Source: Deinococci bacterium
GTDB taxonomy: Bacteria > Deinococcota > Deinococci > Deinococcales > Trueperaceae
Reading direction: 5' to 3'
Length of the DNA stretch: 64,000 bases
NCBI GenBank assembly: GCA_030149325.1
Contig: JASBRS010000076.1
Coordinates: 15,290-79,289, forward strand
Shown here: positions 7,408-15,865 of the stretch, one piece after another
How positions within the stretch are numbered: position 1 is the first letter of the stretch
How the letters are laid out: every line of letters starts with the position of its first letter
Position numbers and translations under genes: made by a program
Notes under the pieces: model-generated
Databases searched by the model: none
What the model was told of the DNA's origin: nothing
Seen by the model: the letters and a program-made list of their open reading frames with translations, nothing else

Positions 7408-8664
7408 ATGCGCCGCGTCCTGACAACCGTCTTGCTCTTCGCCCTGGCGGCCACGGCCGCCGCCCAGGCAAGCTTCCACCTGGGAGGCGAGGTGAAGGCC
7501 ACCTTCGGGGTGGCCTTCGACGGCACCCTGCCGATCGCCGCATCGTGCCTGAAGCTCCGCGCCAACGCCGACGTCGGCTCAGGCGTCCTCCCCGACGCCA
7601 GCTACGAGGCCGAGCTCCTCGGCTGCTACGACGCGGCCACCGGCCAGGCCGACGTGCACCTCGGCAAGGCCTTCGCAACCGTCTACCTCGGCAACGTCGA
7701 CCTCATCGTCGGGAACCAGATCACCTTCTGGGGCACGACCGACGCCGTCAACCCGGAGGACGTCCTCAATCCGCGCGACCTCAGTTACCCGGTGGCCGAC
7801 CCTGCGGCGCAGCGCATGCCGGTGCCGATGATCCGCGCCGTCGTCCACGATCCGACCGACGGGCTGAAGCTCGACCTCGTGGTGATCCCCGTCTTCACGG
7901 CCTCCCGGCAGCCGGGAGCGGCCTGGCAGACGGGGAGCCAACCCAGCCTCGCCCTGCCCCCCGGCGTGAGCATCGTGGGCCAGGCGGCCACCGTCGACAA
8001 CCTGCCGGCTGCGGAGCTCACCAACGTGCAGTTCGGCGCCCGCTTCACGCTCGATCTCAACGTCCTCAGCGGCGGCGACGTCAGCCTCGCCTACGTCCAC
8101 GGCATCCGCACCACCCCGACCCCGTCGGCCAACCTCGTCCCCACCGCCACCGCCGGCCAGATGCTGCTCCAGCCCGTGCTGAACTACGACCGCTACGACC
8201 TGATCGGCGCCGACTTCTCGCTGGCGACCTCGCAGGCCGTCTTCCGCGGCGAGGCGGCGTACACCTTCACGCACGACCCCAACGGCACCGACCCCACCAT
8301 CGGCAACCCCGGCTACAAGGCCGTGCTCGAGGTCGAGCACACCTTCGCCAGCGGTGCCGTGGGCGCCCTCGAAGGCATCGTCGAGCACACCAACGCCGAC
8401 CAGGGTCAGAGCAACGCCATCACCGACGTCAGCTCCTTGGCGACCATCCAGTACGACGCCACCGCCCGCCTGAGCGCCCAGGCGGCCTGGCTCCACGACT
8501 TCACCGACGGCAGCGGCATGGTCCGGCCGAGTCTCAGCTACACCTTCGCGGACGGCGTCACCGGCAACGCCGAGCTCGCCGTCTTCTACGGTCGCGACGG
8601 CAGCCGCTACGGCGCGTGGCGCAACAACAGCCAACTGAGGGTCGGTCTCAGCTACGCGTTCTAG
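7408..8664 (+). CDS. predicted outer-membrane beta-barrel protein (DUF1302-like candidate)
   Basis: ATG at 7408 sits 5 nt after GAGGAGG (the ORF track starts at GTG 7402). Signal peptide MRRVLTTVLLFALAATAAAQA. The sequence has alternating hydrophobic beta-strand periodicity and many G/D/N/T turns. The C-terminus ...NSQLRVGLSYAF ends in an aromatic residue, as in OMP beta-signals. Confidence 0.6.
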   Translation: MRRVLTTVLLFALAATAAAQASFHLGGEVKATFGVAFDGTLPIAASCLKLRANADVGSGVLPDASYEAELLGCYDAATGQADVHLGKAFATVYLGNVDLIVGNQITFWGTTDAVNPEDVLNPRDLSYPVADPAAQRMPVPMIRAVVHDPTDGLKLDLVVIPVFTASRQPGAAWQTGSQPSLALPPGVSIVGQAATVDNLPAAELTNVQFGARFTLDLNVLSGGDVSLAYVHGIRTTPTPSANLVPTATAGQMLLQPVLNYDRYDLIGADFSLATSQAVFRGEAAYTFTHDPNGTDPTIGNPGYKAVLEVEHTFASGAVGALEGIVEHTNADQGQSNAITDVSSLATIQYDATARLSAQAAWLHDFTDGSGMVRPSLSYTFADGVTGNAELAVFYGRDGSRYGAWRNNSQLRVGLSYAF

Positions 8665-8680
8665 GCCTGAAGGGCTTCGC

Positions 8681-9517
8681 TCAGCCCTTCACCGAGCCCG
8701 AGGTCAACCCCGACACGAGCTGCCGATTGAAGAACATGAACATCAGCAACGGCGGGATCGTGATGACGAGCACGTCCGCGAACAGTAGATTCCACTGGTT
8801 GGTGAACTGGCTCATGAAACTGAACAGGGTGATCTGAGCCGTCACGTTCTTCGCGCCCGGCAGGAAGTAGAGCGGGAGCGTGAAGTCGTTGTAGATGACC
8901 ACCGCCGTCACCACCACCACCGTGATGATGGCGGGCCGCAACAACGGGAAGATCACGTAGCCGAACAATTGCCATGACGATGCGCCGTCGATGAGGGCGG
9001 CCTCGTCGATCTGGCGCGGGATGGAGGCCAGGAAGGCACGCATGATCAACATGGTGAACGGCAGTTGGAGCGCGACCTCGACGAAGATCAGCCCGAACAG
9101 CGTCTTGTAGAGGCCGAGCTTCTGCAGCACGAAGATGGTAGGCACGACCGCAGGAGGGACGATCAGGCCGGTCAGCACCATCGCGCTCGCGAACGACGCC
9201 AGCCGATCGGTGCGGCGTTGGATCACGAAGGCCAGGCTGGCACCGAGGAGCACGACGAGGACGACAGAGCCCACGGTCAGGAGGCAACTGTTCCACAGGG
9301 CCAGGAGCATGCGGTAGTCCCGGAACTGGATCACGTCCCAGACGTTGCTGAACAACCGGAACTGGCTCGGCAGCGCGAGGCTGAAGGTCGCGGCTTCCTG
9401 GGACGTCTTCGAGGCCATCAGCACGATGAAGGCGAACGGCACCACGAACACCAGGCCGACCACGATCAGCATGACCAGGTCGAGCCAGAGGCGCGTTGCG
9501 GGGCCGCGGCGCCTCAT
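8681..9517 (-). CDS. carbohydrate ABC transporter permease (CUT1, MalG-like)
   Basis: 278 aa with 6 TM helices. EAA-type loop IPRQIDEAALIDGASSWQLFGYVIFPLLRPAI. Overlaps the upstream permease by 4 nt. Confidence 0.9.
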   Translation of the reverse strand: MRRRGPATRLWLDLVMLIVVGLVFVVPFAFIVLMASKTSQEAATFSLALPSQFRLFSNVWDVIQFRDYRMLLALWNSCLLTVGSVVLVVLLGASLAFVIQRRTDRLASFASAMVLTGLIVPPAVVPTIFVLQKLGLYKTLFGLIFVEVALQLPFTMLIMRAFLASIPRQIDEAALIDGASSWQLFGYVIFPLLRPAIITVVVVTAVVIYNDFTLPLYFLPGAKNVTAQITLFSFMSQFTNQWNLLFADVLVITIPPLLMFMFFNRQLVSGLTSGSVKG

Positions 9518-10428
9518 AGCTCCAGCTCCCGCCGGTTGAAGAAGCGCATGAGCGGATACACCAGGGCCATGATGACGACGAACAGCACCACGTTACCGGC
9601 CGCGGACAGCCCGTAGAAGCCAGCCTGGTACTCCTTGTAGACGACCGAGGTAAGCACGTCGGAGGCGAAGCCGGGCCCGCCCCCAGTGGTCGTCCAGATG
9701 ATGTCGAAGGTGCGGAGACCCCCGATGAAGGCGAGCAGGATGACCGTGAAGGTGGCGTTGCGTGACAGCGGCAGGATGACATGGCGGAACTTGACCCAGG
9801 CTCCCCCCTCCAAGGCCGCAGCATCGAAGTACTCCTTCGGGATCGCCGTGATCCCCGCGATGAAGATGAGCGTCGCGATACCCAGGCCGCGCCAGGTGTC
9901 GACCAGGGCGACCGAGTAGATCGCGAGGTGGGGATTGCCGAGCCAATCGGGGCCCGGCAGGCCGATCGCTCGCAGCCCCAGGTTGATGATCCCCTCGGAG
10001 GGCCTCATGAGCGTCAGGAAGGTGATCCCTACCGCCACCGCACTGATCAGCACCGGGAAGAACACGACGTTCCGGAAGAACGACTGGAGCCTCAGGCCGG
10101 ACGTCAGCAGGGCGGCCAACGGCAACGAGATAACGACCTTCAGGCCGCAGGTGAGGACGGCGAAGATCAGCGTGTTCCGGAACGCCAGGGAGAGCTGCGG
10201 ATCTTGGAAGAAATAGACGAAGTTCTTGAACCCGATGAAGGTCGAGCTGAACAGCGTCCAGCGGGTCAGACTGAAATAGAACGCAAGCGCCGTCGGGAGA
10301 AGGAAGAACACGCCGAACACGACCGCGGACGGCACGTAGAACCAGTAGGAGTACGGGCTCTTCTTGGACGCTGCGCGTGTCTTCGGTCGCGTGGTCGCGT
10401 CACCGCTCTTCGCCGGGAGCTGTGCCAA
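9514..10428 (-). CDS. carbohydrate ABC transporter permease (CUT1, MalF-like)
   Basis: 304 aa. EAA loop IPKEYFDAAALEGGAWVKFRHVILPLSRNA. Multi-TM protein. Confidence 0.9.
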   Translation of the reverse strand: MAQLPAKSGDATTRPKTRAASKKSPYSYWFYVPSAVVFGVFFLLPTALAFYFSLTRWTLFSSTFIGFKNFVYFFQDPQLSLAFRNTLIFAVLTCGLKVVISLPLAALLTSGLRLQSFFRNVVFFPVLISAVAVGITFLTLMRPSEGIINLGLRAIGLPGPDWLGNPHLAIYSVALVDTWRGLGIATLIFIAGITAIPKEYFDAAALEGGAWVKFRHVILPLSRNATFTVILLAFIGGLRTFDIIWTTTGGGPGFASDVLTSVVYKEYQAGFYGLSAAGNVVLFVVIMALVYPLMRFFNRRELEL

Positions 10429-10532
10429 GGGGACTGCTCTCTCCTTCGCGCTGGAGGACCCATAGGGTGGATGGAGAGAGCTGGCGTCACCACCAGCTCT
10501 CTGTCCGTGTCGAGGCGTCTAGGCTAGCGCGT

Positions 10533-11810
10533 TCACCAGCCCGGGAGGTTGAGCTGCTGCGCTTGGCGCTGCAGGTCGAGCTCGTAGTTCTTGGCGCCCT
10601 GCTCGGCCGTCATCTGCCCCGTCGCGATCGCAACGCAGATCTGCTCGAGGTTGGGGCCCTTGAGGGGCGAGAGGAACTCCAGCGCCGGGTACGAGGCACC
10701 CGAGTCGATGTACGCCTGGATGTCCTTGACCGCCGGCAAGACGTTGTCGGGAAGCGTTGCTCCCTTGATGAAGTACGGACCGTTCGGCGTCACGGTGTTG
10801 GTGATGACGTCCGTACCTGCCGACGACGCGATGAACGAGACGAAGTCGAGGGCGGCCTGGAGCTTCGCACCCGTCGTTGTCTTCGGGATGTACGTCGCTG
10901 CGGGCATCCACATGGTCGCGCCGTTCTTCGCCGCATCGGTACCGGGCTGCGCGAAGAAGCCGATGTCGTTGACCTGATCAGGGAAGTTCTTCTGGATCTC
11001 GGACAGCGCGAACGTCAGCATCGGGTACTGCGCCGCTTGACCCGTGGCCAACATCTTGAGAGCGTCGTTGTAGGTCGACGTAGCGGCGTCCTTCTGCCAC
11101 CAGCCGAGGTCGTACCCCTGTTGCAGGTGCTGGAACCCGGCCAGCGCAGCCGGGTCGGTCGCGATGTCGATCTTGTTCGCGGTGTAGCTTGCCGCGAAGC
11201 CCGGCTCGGCCTGGGCGACGTTGTAGTAGTCGGCCAGAACGAACAGCTGGGCCGTCCAGGTGTTGCCGCTGGCGAAGGAAGCGGCCACCGGGGTGATGCC
11301 GGCCGCCTTGATCTTGGCGTTGTTCGCCACGAACTCATCCCACGTCTTCGGGACCTGGAGGCCGAGCTTCTGGAACACCGCCTTGTTGTAGAGGATGCCG
11401 CCGGCCATACCCGTCTGGGTCGGGACGCCGAACACGGCACTACCCTGCGACACGGCCTGCTTGAAGGAGTCGACGACGTTGTTCATGAAGGCCTGGCCCG
11501 ACAGATCGACCAGGGTCTGCTCCGGATGCAGGGCCTGCAGGAGCGACCCGGAGTTGTACCAGAACAGGTCATCCATCTCGCCGGTCGCAAGGCGCGTCTT
11601 GACGATGTTGTCGCCGTCGGTGCCGCCGGGCCGCAGATCGACGTTGATGGTCACGTCCGGGTGCTGCTTCATGTACGCGGCGGCGAGCGCCTGAACGATC
11701 CCCGAGTCGGTCTGGGTGTCGTCCACCAGGTAGGTCAGCGTGACCTTCTGGGCGAACGCAGCACCGGCGACCATGAACAGGGCGAGGAGCGGGATCAGCA
11801 GTCTTCTCAT
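10533..11810 (-). CDS. extracellular sugar-binding protein of the CUT1 ABC system
   Basis: ORF 10533..11999 trimmed to ATG 11810, which is preceded by AAGGAGG. Signal peptide MRRLLIPLLALFMVAGAAFAQ. Family-1 solute-binding pattern (VTLTYLVDD...IVQALAAAYMKQHPDVTINVDLRPGGTDGDNIVKTRLATGEMDDLFWYNSG). Confidence 0.9.
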   Translation of the reverse strand: MRRLLIPLLALFMVAGAAFAQKVTLTYLVDDTQTDSGIVQALAAAYMKQHPDVTINVDLRPGGTDGDNIVKTRLATGEMDDLFWYNSGSLLQALHPEQTLVDLSGQAFMNNVVDSFKQAVSQGSAVFGVPTQTGMAGGILYNKAVFQKLGLQVPKTWDEFVANNAKIKAAGITPVAASFASGNTWTAQLFVLADYYNVAQAEPGFAASYTANKIDIATDPAALAGFQHLQQGYDLGWWQKDAATSTYNDALKMLATGQAAQYPMLTFALSEIQKNFPDQVNDIGFFAQPGTDAAKNGATMWMPAATYIPKTTTGAKLQAALDFVSFIASSAGTDVITNTVTPNGPYFIKGATLPDNVLPAVKDIQAYIDSGASYPALEFLSPLKGPNLEQICVAIATGQMTAEQGAKNYELDLQRQAQQLNLPGW

Positions 11811-11895
11811 CGATGGAACCTCCTTGAACGGTACGTGGCGCAACAGGGCGGGAAGCACGGCATGTAGGCGGGGGCGGGGGCGGTTCGCGGTCACG

Positions 11896-12966
11896 TCATC
11901 GACCACCCCCCGGCTCGGCACGACCCGGCCCCGCCGAGGCACGGGGCGGGCCGGTGGACTCGCGCACGAGGAGTTCCCACCCTCGCGTGATCCTGGCACG
12001 CGCGCGCCTGGGGGACTCCAGCCTCTTCAAGAGCAGCCGGACGGCGTCCTTGCCGTTCTCCGCCGGCGCGCCGGCCACCGTCGTCAGTCGCGGAACGGCG
12101 TACTCGGCGAACGGGATGTTGTCGAAGCTCGCTATCGATACGTCCGCGGGCACGGCGAAGCCGAGGTCCGCGGCCGCTCGGATCGCCGCGATGCCGAGGA
12201 GGTCGTTGATGGTGACCAAGGCCGTGGGCGGGTCCTCCTGCTCGAGCAGCTGCCGGGCAGCACGGTAGCCGTCGGCGAGTGTGGCTCCACACCGGACGAC
12301 CCGGTCCGGGCGTGACGGCAGGCCGGCCCCATCGAGAGACTCCTCGAAGGCGACCAGTCGGTCGAGTCCCTCCGACTCGTCCTGCACCCCGTAGACGAAG
12401 GAGATATGGCGATGCCCCAGGTCGACGAGGTGCTTCACGAGAGCCCGCGTTCCATCTTCATAGCCCTGCTGGACGAGATCGAGCTCTGTGGGAGACGACG
12501 AGATCACGACGATCGGATGGCTCGAGTCCCGGAGTTGCGCCATGATGCGCTCGGGCAGCGACTCGAACTCCGTCATCAGGATCAAGCCGTCCACGCGCTG
12601 TTCCGCCAACTCCTGGATCCGTTGCCGCTCCCCCTCCAGGTAGTGCGCTCCGTGTGCGAGCAGAAGCTTGTAGCCGGAAGCCTGGGCTTCGAAGGCGATA
12701 CCCTGCAGGATCTGCCAGAAGAACGGGTTCTCGTAGAGCGGCAGGTACACGCCGATCGTCTTCGTCGCTCCGCTGCGGAAGGCCTGGGCACGGGCGTCCA
12801 CCACGTAGCCGAGTTCCTCGACCGCGTCGAGCACGCGCCGCCGGGTCTCCGGCGAGATGGCGATGCCGTCACCGTCCTTGCCGTTGACCACGAAGGAGAC
12901 GGTGGCCCTCGACACCCCGGCGAGGCGCGCCACATCGGCCTGCGTCGGCTTCCGCGCCTTGGCCAT
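11896..12966 (-). CDS. LacI-family transcriptional regulator
   Basis: Trimmed to ATG 12966: MAKARKPTQADVARLAGVSRATVSFVVNGK...ISPETRRRVLDAVEELGYVVDARAQAFRSG, followed by a periplasmic-binding-protein-like core (KTIGVYLPLYENPFFWQILQGI...). Confidence 0.9.
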   Translation of the reverse strand: MAKARKPTQADVARLAGVSRATVSFVVNGKDGDGIAISPETRRRVLDAVEELGYVVDARAQAFRSGATKTIGVYLPLYENPFFWQILQGIAFEAQASGYKLLLAHGAHYLEGERQRIQELAEQRVDGLILMTEFESLPERIMAQLRDSSHPIVVISSSPTELDLVQQGYEDGTRALVKHLVDLGHRHISFVYGVQDESEGLDRLVAFEESLDGAGLPSRPDRVVRCGATLADGYRAARQLLEQEDPPTALVTINDLLGIAAIRAAADLGFAVPADVSIASFDNIPFAEYAVPRLTTVAGAPAENGKDAVRLLLKRLESPRRARARITRGWELLVRESTGPPRASAGPGRAEPGGGR

Positions 12967-13029
12967 CACGGCTGGGGCCTCCTCGGACGCAAGATGCAGG
13001 CTCCAATTCGCACACAAAATTGACATGAT

Positions 13030-13051
13030 TTAACTGACACGTGTAAGTTGA
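13030..13051. promoter_or_regulatory. Candidate LacI-type operator overlapping a TTGACA promoter
   Basis: Near-palindrome TTAACTGACACGTGTAAGTTGA (18 of 22 positions self-complementary, with a central CG as in LacI-family operators). It sits in the AT-richer divergent region between the LacI gene and the GH78-like gene. A perfect -35 TTGACA lies at 13020-13025, with a possible -10 TAAGTT about 19 nt downstream. Confidence 0.4.
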
Positions 13052-13315
13052 TGATAGAGGTGGTTCGAAGTAGCTGTCAAGGGGGCGCACTCGGAGCTCC
13101 GGGCCCCGGGTACACTCGACGGCGACGACGCCACCGAGGAGGGTCCCGCCATCACGACACGCAACGCGACACCCGACTTCGCGCGGCGCTGGCACGCTCA
13201 CTGGATCTGGCTGCCCGAGGAGCCGCTGGAGCCGACGGGCTTCTGGTCGGCAGGCGTCGATCCCCGCTCCGAGGAGGCACACGGCCTGTTCCGCAAGCGC
13301 TTCCTCCTTGCCGAG

Positions 13316-15661
13316 GTGCCCGCGCGCGTGCCGGCCCGCATCACGGCCGACTCGCGTTATGCGCTCTACGTCAACGGCCGTGAGGTCGCGCATGGGCCGG
13401 TCCGCGGCCAGCCACGCCGCCTGTCCTTCGACGCCGTGGACCTCGCCCCCTGCCTGCATCCTGGCGAGAACGTGATAGCCGTCTACGTCCGGTACTACGG
13501 CGTGGCCAACGCCTTCTGGATGCCCGCCGTCCCCAACACCACCCTCGGGCGCCGCGGCGTGCTGGCACTCGAGGCCGACCTGGGCGAGGCGGGCTGGCTG
13601 TTGAGCGACGAGAGCTGGCGCGCGCGCAAGGTCGACGCCTGGGATCCGCATTGGCGTGACTACGTCGACCACGGGCCTGGCGTGCCACTGGAGCTCTTCG
13701 ATGCCCGGCGCTTCCCGCAAGGCTGGCTCGAGCCCGACTTCGACGACCGAGCGTGGGGAAGCGCCCGACCGATCGCGGCAACGCACATGGGTGGCTTCGC
13801 ACGCTCCCAGCCCCCCACCGATCCCTACGGCCCCCTCGATCCGCGCTCCATAGCGTTCCTGACGGGCACCACCAAACTCGCTGCGCGGGCGCGGGTGCAG
13901 GTCCTCGAGGGAAGCGTCGATCTGACCGAGGCCAACCCGCTGGCACGCCTCCAAGCCGTCACAGGACTGCCCACAAGATCGAGCGAGGACGTGGCATCCT
14001 GGCCGATTCGCGTGGTCCCTCCGGAGGGCGGCGCCGTTCGCCTGTCGCTCGATATGGGCGCCATCGTCTCCGGCCTGGTGGGCTTCGAGCTCGACGCCCC
14101 AGCGGGCACGGTGCTGGACATCGCCTACGGCGAGGAACCACTCCGCCCGTCGTTGAGCATGGACCGCATGCGTGCGGGGTCGCGTTACATCGCTCGCGGC
14201 TCCGAGGACCGCTTCCGCCTGTTCGAGTCGACCGGCTTCCGCTACGCCGACCTCTTGATCCACGGCGCCGTCGGCCCGACGACGCTTCATCGCTTCGACG
14301 TGGAGGAACGGCTCTACCCCTGGACGGGCGAGACCGGCTTCCGGTGCAGTGACGACGAGCTGCAGGCGATCTTCGACGCGGGGGTCCGAACCGTCGAGGT
14401 CAGCTCCCACGACGCCTTCATCGACTGCCCGACCCGGGAACAGCGGGCCTGGGTCGGCGACGCCGTGGTGCACCAGATGGTGCACCTGGCAACCAACGCC
14501 GACTGGCGTCTGGCCCGCCACTTCGTCGCGCTGGCCGACTCGCCGCGCCCCGACGGGATCCTGCCGATGAGCGTGGCCGGGGACATCGAGGCCAGCGGCG
14601 GCTTCACCATCCCCGACTGGTCGCTGCATTGGGGGCACGCGCTGTACAACCTCTATCGCTACGACGGCGACCGAGAGGAGGTCAAGGGCCACCTGCCGAC
14701 CCTCGAGCGCATCCTGCGCTGGTACACCCCGTACCGGTCGTCGAACGGCCTCCTGGAGGACGTTCCGGAGTGGAACCTGGTCGACTGGTCGAGCGTCTCG
14801 ACCGAGGGCACCAGCGCGGTGCTCACGGCCCTCTGGGCGCGCGGCCTTCGCGAGTTCGCCGAGATGGCCGCTTGGCTGGACGAGCGCGGCAGCCAAGCTT
14901 GGGCGCAAGCCCTGTTCGCCAGTGCCCGCGAGGGCTTCGAGGTCTTCTGGGACGAGGCCCGAGGCTCGTACGTCGACCACCTCGTCGGCGCTGAGCGGCG
15001 GCCTGAGATGCACCAACTGGCCGGCGCGCTCGCCATCGTTTCGAGGCTCGCTCCGGAAGAACGCTGGCAGCGCATCGCCGACACCATCACCGACCCCGCG
15101 CGGCTCGTGATCCGTTCGTGGGTGGGTGACGGTCAGGGACATCAGTCGTGGGAGAAGTGGGATGCGCAGGTGAGGCTCGGTCGCTACGACATCGACTGGG
15201 ATGTCGGGCGCGAGATCGTGCTGGCCCAGCCGTTCATGGCCTACGTCGTGCACGACGCCGTGGCCCTGGCTGGCCGAGCGGACCGCCTACCGGACCTGCT
15301 CCGACGCTGGTCGCAGTTCCTGGAGGGCGGCCACGACACCTTCGGCGAGTGCTGGGACTTCGGCACGCACGCCCACGGCTGGAGCGCTACGCCCGCGCGC
15401 GACCTGGTCTTCTACACCCTCGGCGTCACCCCGGCCGAGCCGGGCTACCTACGCGCCCGCATCGCACCACGCCTCGGACCGCTGGCATGGGCCCGCGGCA
15501 CCGTACCGACCCCTCACGGCCCCATCCGCGTCTACGCACGTCCCGACGAGGTCGTCGTGGAGACGCCCGTCGACGCCACCGTCGAGATCGAAGGCGCGGC
15601 CGCCGTCGACGTGCGGCCAGGACGCCACTCCTTTCCTGCGCCCGCGGGCGCCAGCGCCTAG
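13316..15661 (+). CDS. GH78-related (alpha-L-rhamnosidase-like, six-hairpin) glycoside hydrolase; the true start is probably upstream (see finding)
   Basis: ITADSRYALYVNGREVAHGP (N-terminal beta-sandwich) and DAFIDCPTREQRAWVGDAVVHQMVHLATNADW (the catalytic (alpha/alpha)6 entry motif, compare DCPQRDERLGW in the classical GH78 at 26841). The coordinates follow the ORF track (GTG 13316), but the same frame is open and homologous-looking back to about 13151. Confidence 0.75.
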   Translation: MPARVPARITADSRYALYVNGREVAHGPVRGQPRRLSFDAVDLAPCLHPGENVIAVYVRYYGVANAFWMPAVPNTTLGRRGVLALEADLGEAGWLLSDESWRARKVDAWDPHWRDYVDHGPGVPLELFDARRFPQGWLEPDFDDRAWGSARPIAATHMGGFARSQPPTDPYGPLDPRSIAFLTGTTKLAARARVQVLEGSVDLTEANPLARLQAVTGLPTRSSEDVASWPIRVVPPEGGAVRLSLDMGAIVSGLVGFELDAPAGTVLDIAYGEEPLRPSLSMDRMRAGSRYIARGSEDRFRLFESTGFRYADLLIHGAVGPTTLHRFDVEERLYPWTGETGFRCSDDELQAIFDAGVRTVEVSSHDAFIDCPTREQRAWVGDAVVHQMVHLATNADWRLARHFVALADSPRPDGILPMSVAGDIEASGGFTIPDWSLHWGHALYNLYRYDGDREEVKGHLPTLERILRWYTPYRSSNGLLEDVPEWNLVDWSSVSTEGTSAVLTALWARGLREFAEMAAWLDERGSQAWAQALFASAREGFEVFWDEARGSYVDHLVGAERRPEMHQLAGALAIVSRLAPEERWQRIADTITDPARLVIRSWVGDGQGHQSWEKWDAQVRLGRYDIDWDVGREIVLAQPFMAYVVHDAVALAGRADRLPDLLRRWSQFLEGGHDTFGECWDFGTHAHGWSATPARDLVFYTLGVTPAEPGYLRARIAPRLGPLAWARGTVPTPHGPIRVYARPDEVVVETPVDATVEIEGAAAVDVRPGRHSFPAPAGASA

Positions 15662-15865
15662 GCCGGCCGTGGAGCCCGCGCCGCGCGCCCGCATCGTCAC
15701 CGGACGGCCTGACGGGGAACCGCACACCCGCCGCCCGGAGGCCCGAGCGACCCCCCGCGCGGCCCGGGCACCATCGGGCCCCCGAGTCCGCGCCCCTGCG
15801 ACCCTGTGTGCGGAAGTGCGCGGACGATCGCCCCGCTGTGCGTTCTCCGAGGTAGGCTGGAGGCG

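Noticed and set aside
12869-15253. 794-aa minus-strand ORF. Similar long antisense ORFs lie at 26706..28826, 57710..60406, 37798..40290, 40331..42481, 22680..24545 and 33742..35376.
   Set aside because: Each is antisense to a gene with clear family motifs (GH78-like, GH78, GH15, OCD/LysE/EamA, SDR-DUF2867, rhaI/rhaB, GT2). The composition is dominated by R/G/A/P/D/H. None has an SD-supported start. They are stop-codon-poor frames expected at about 70% GC.
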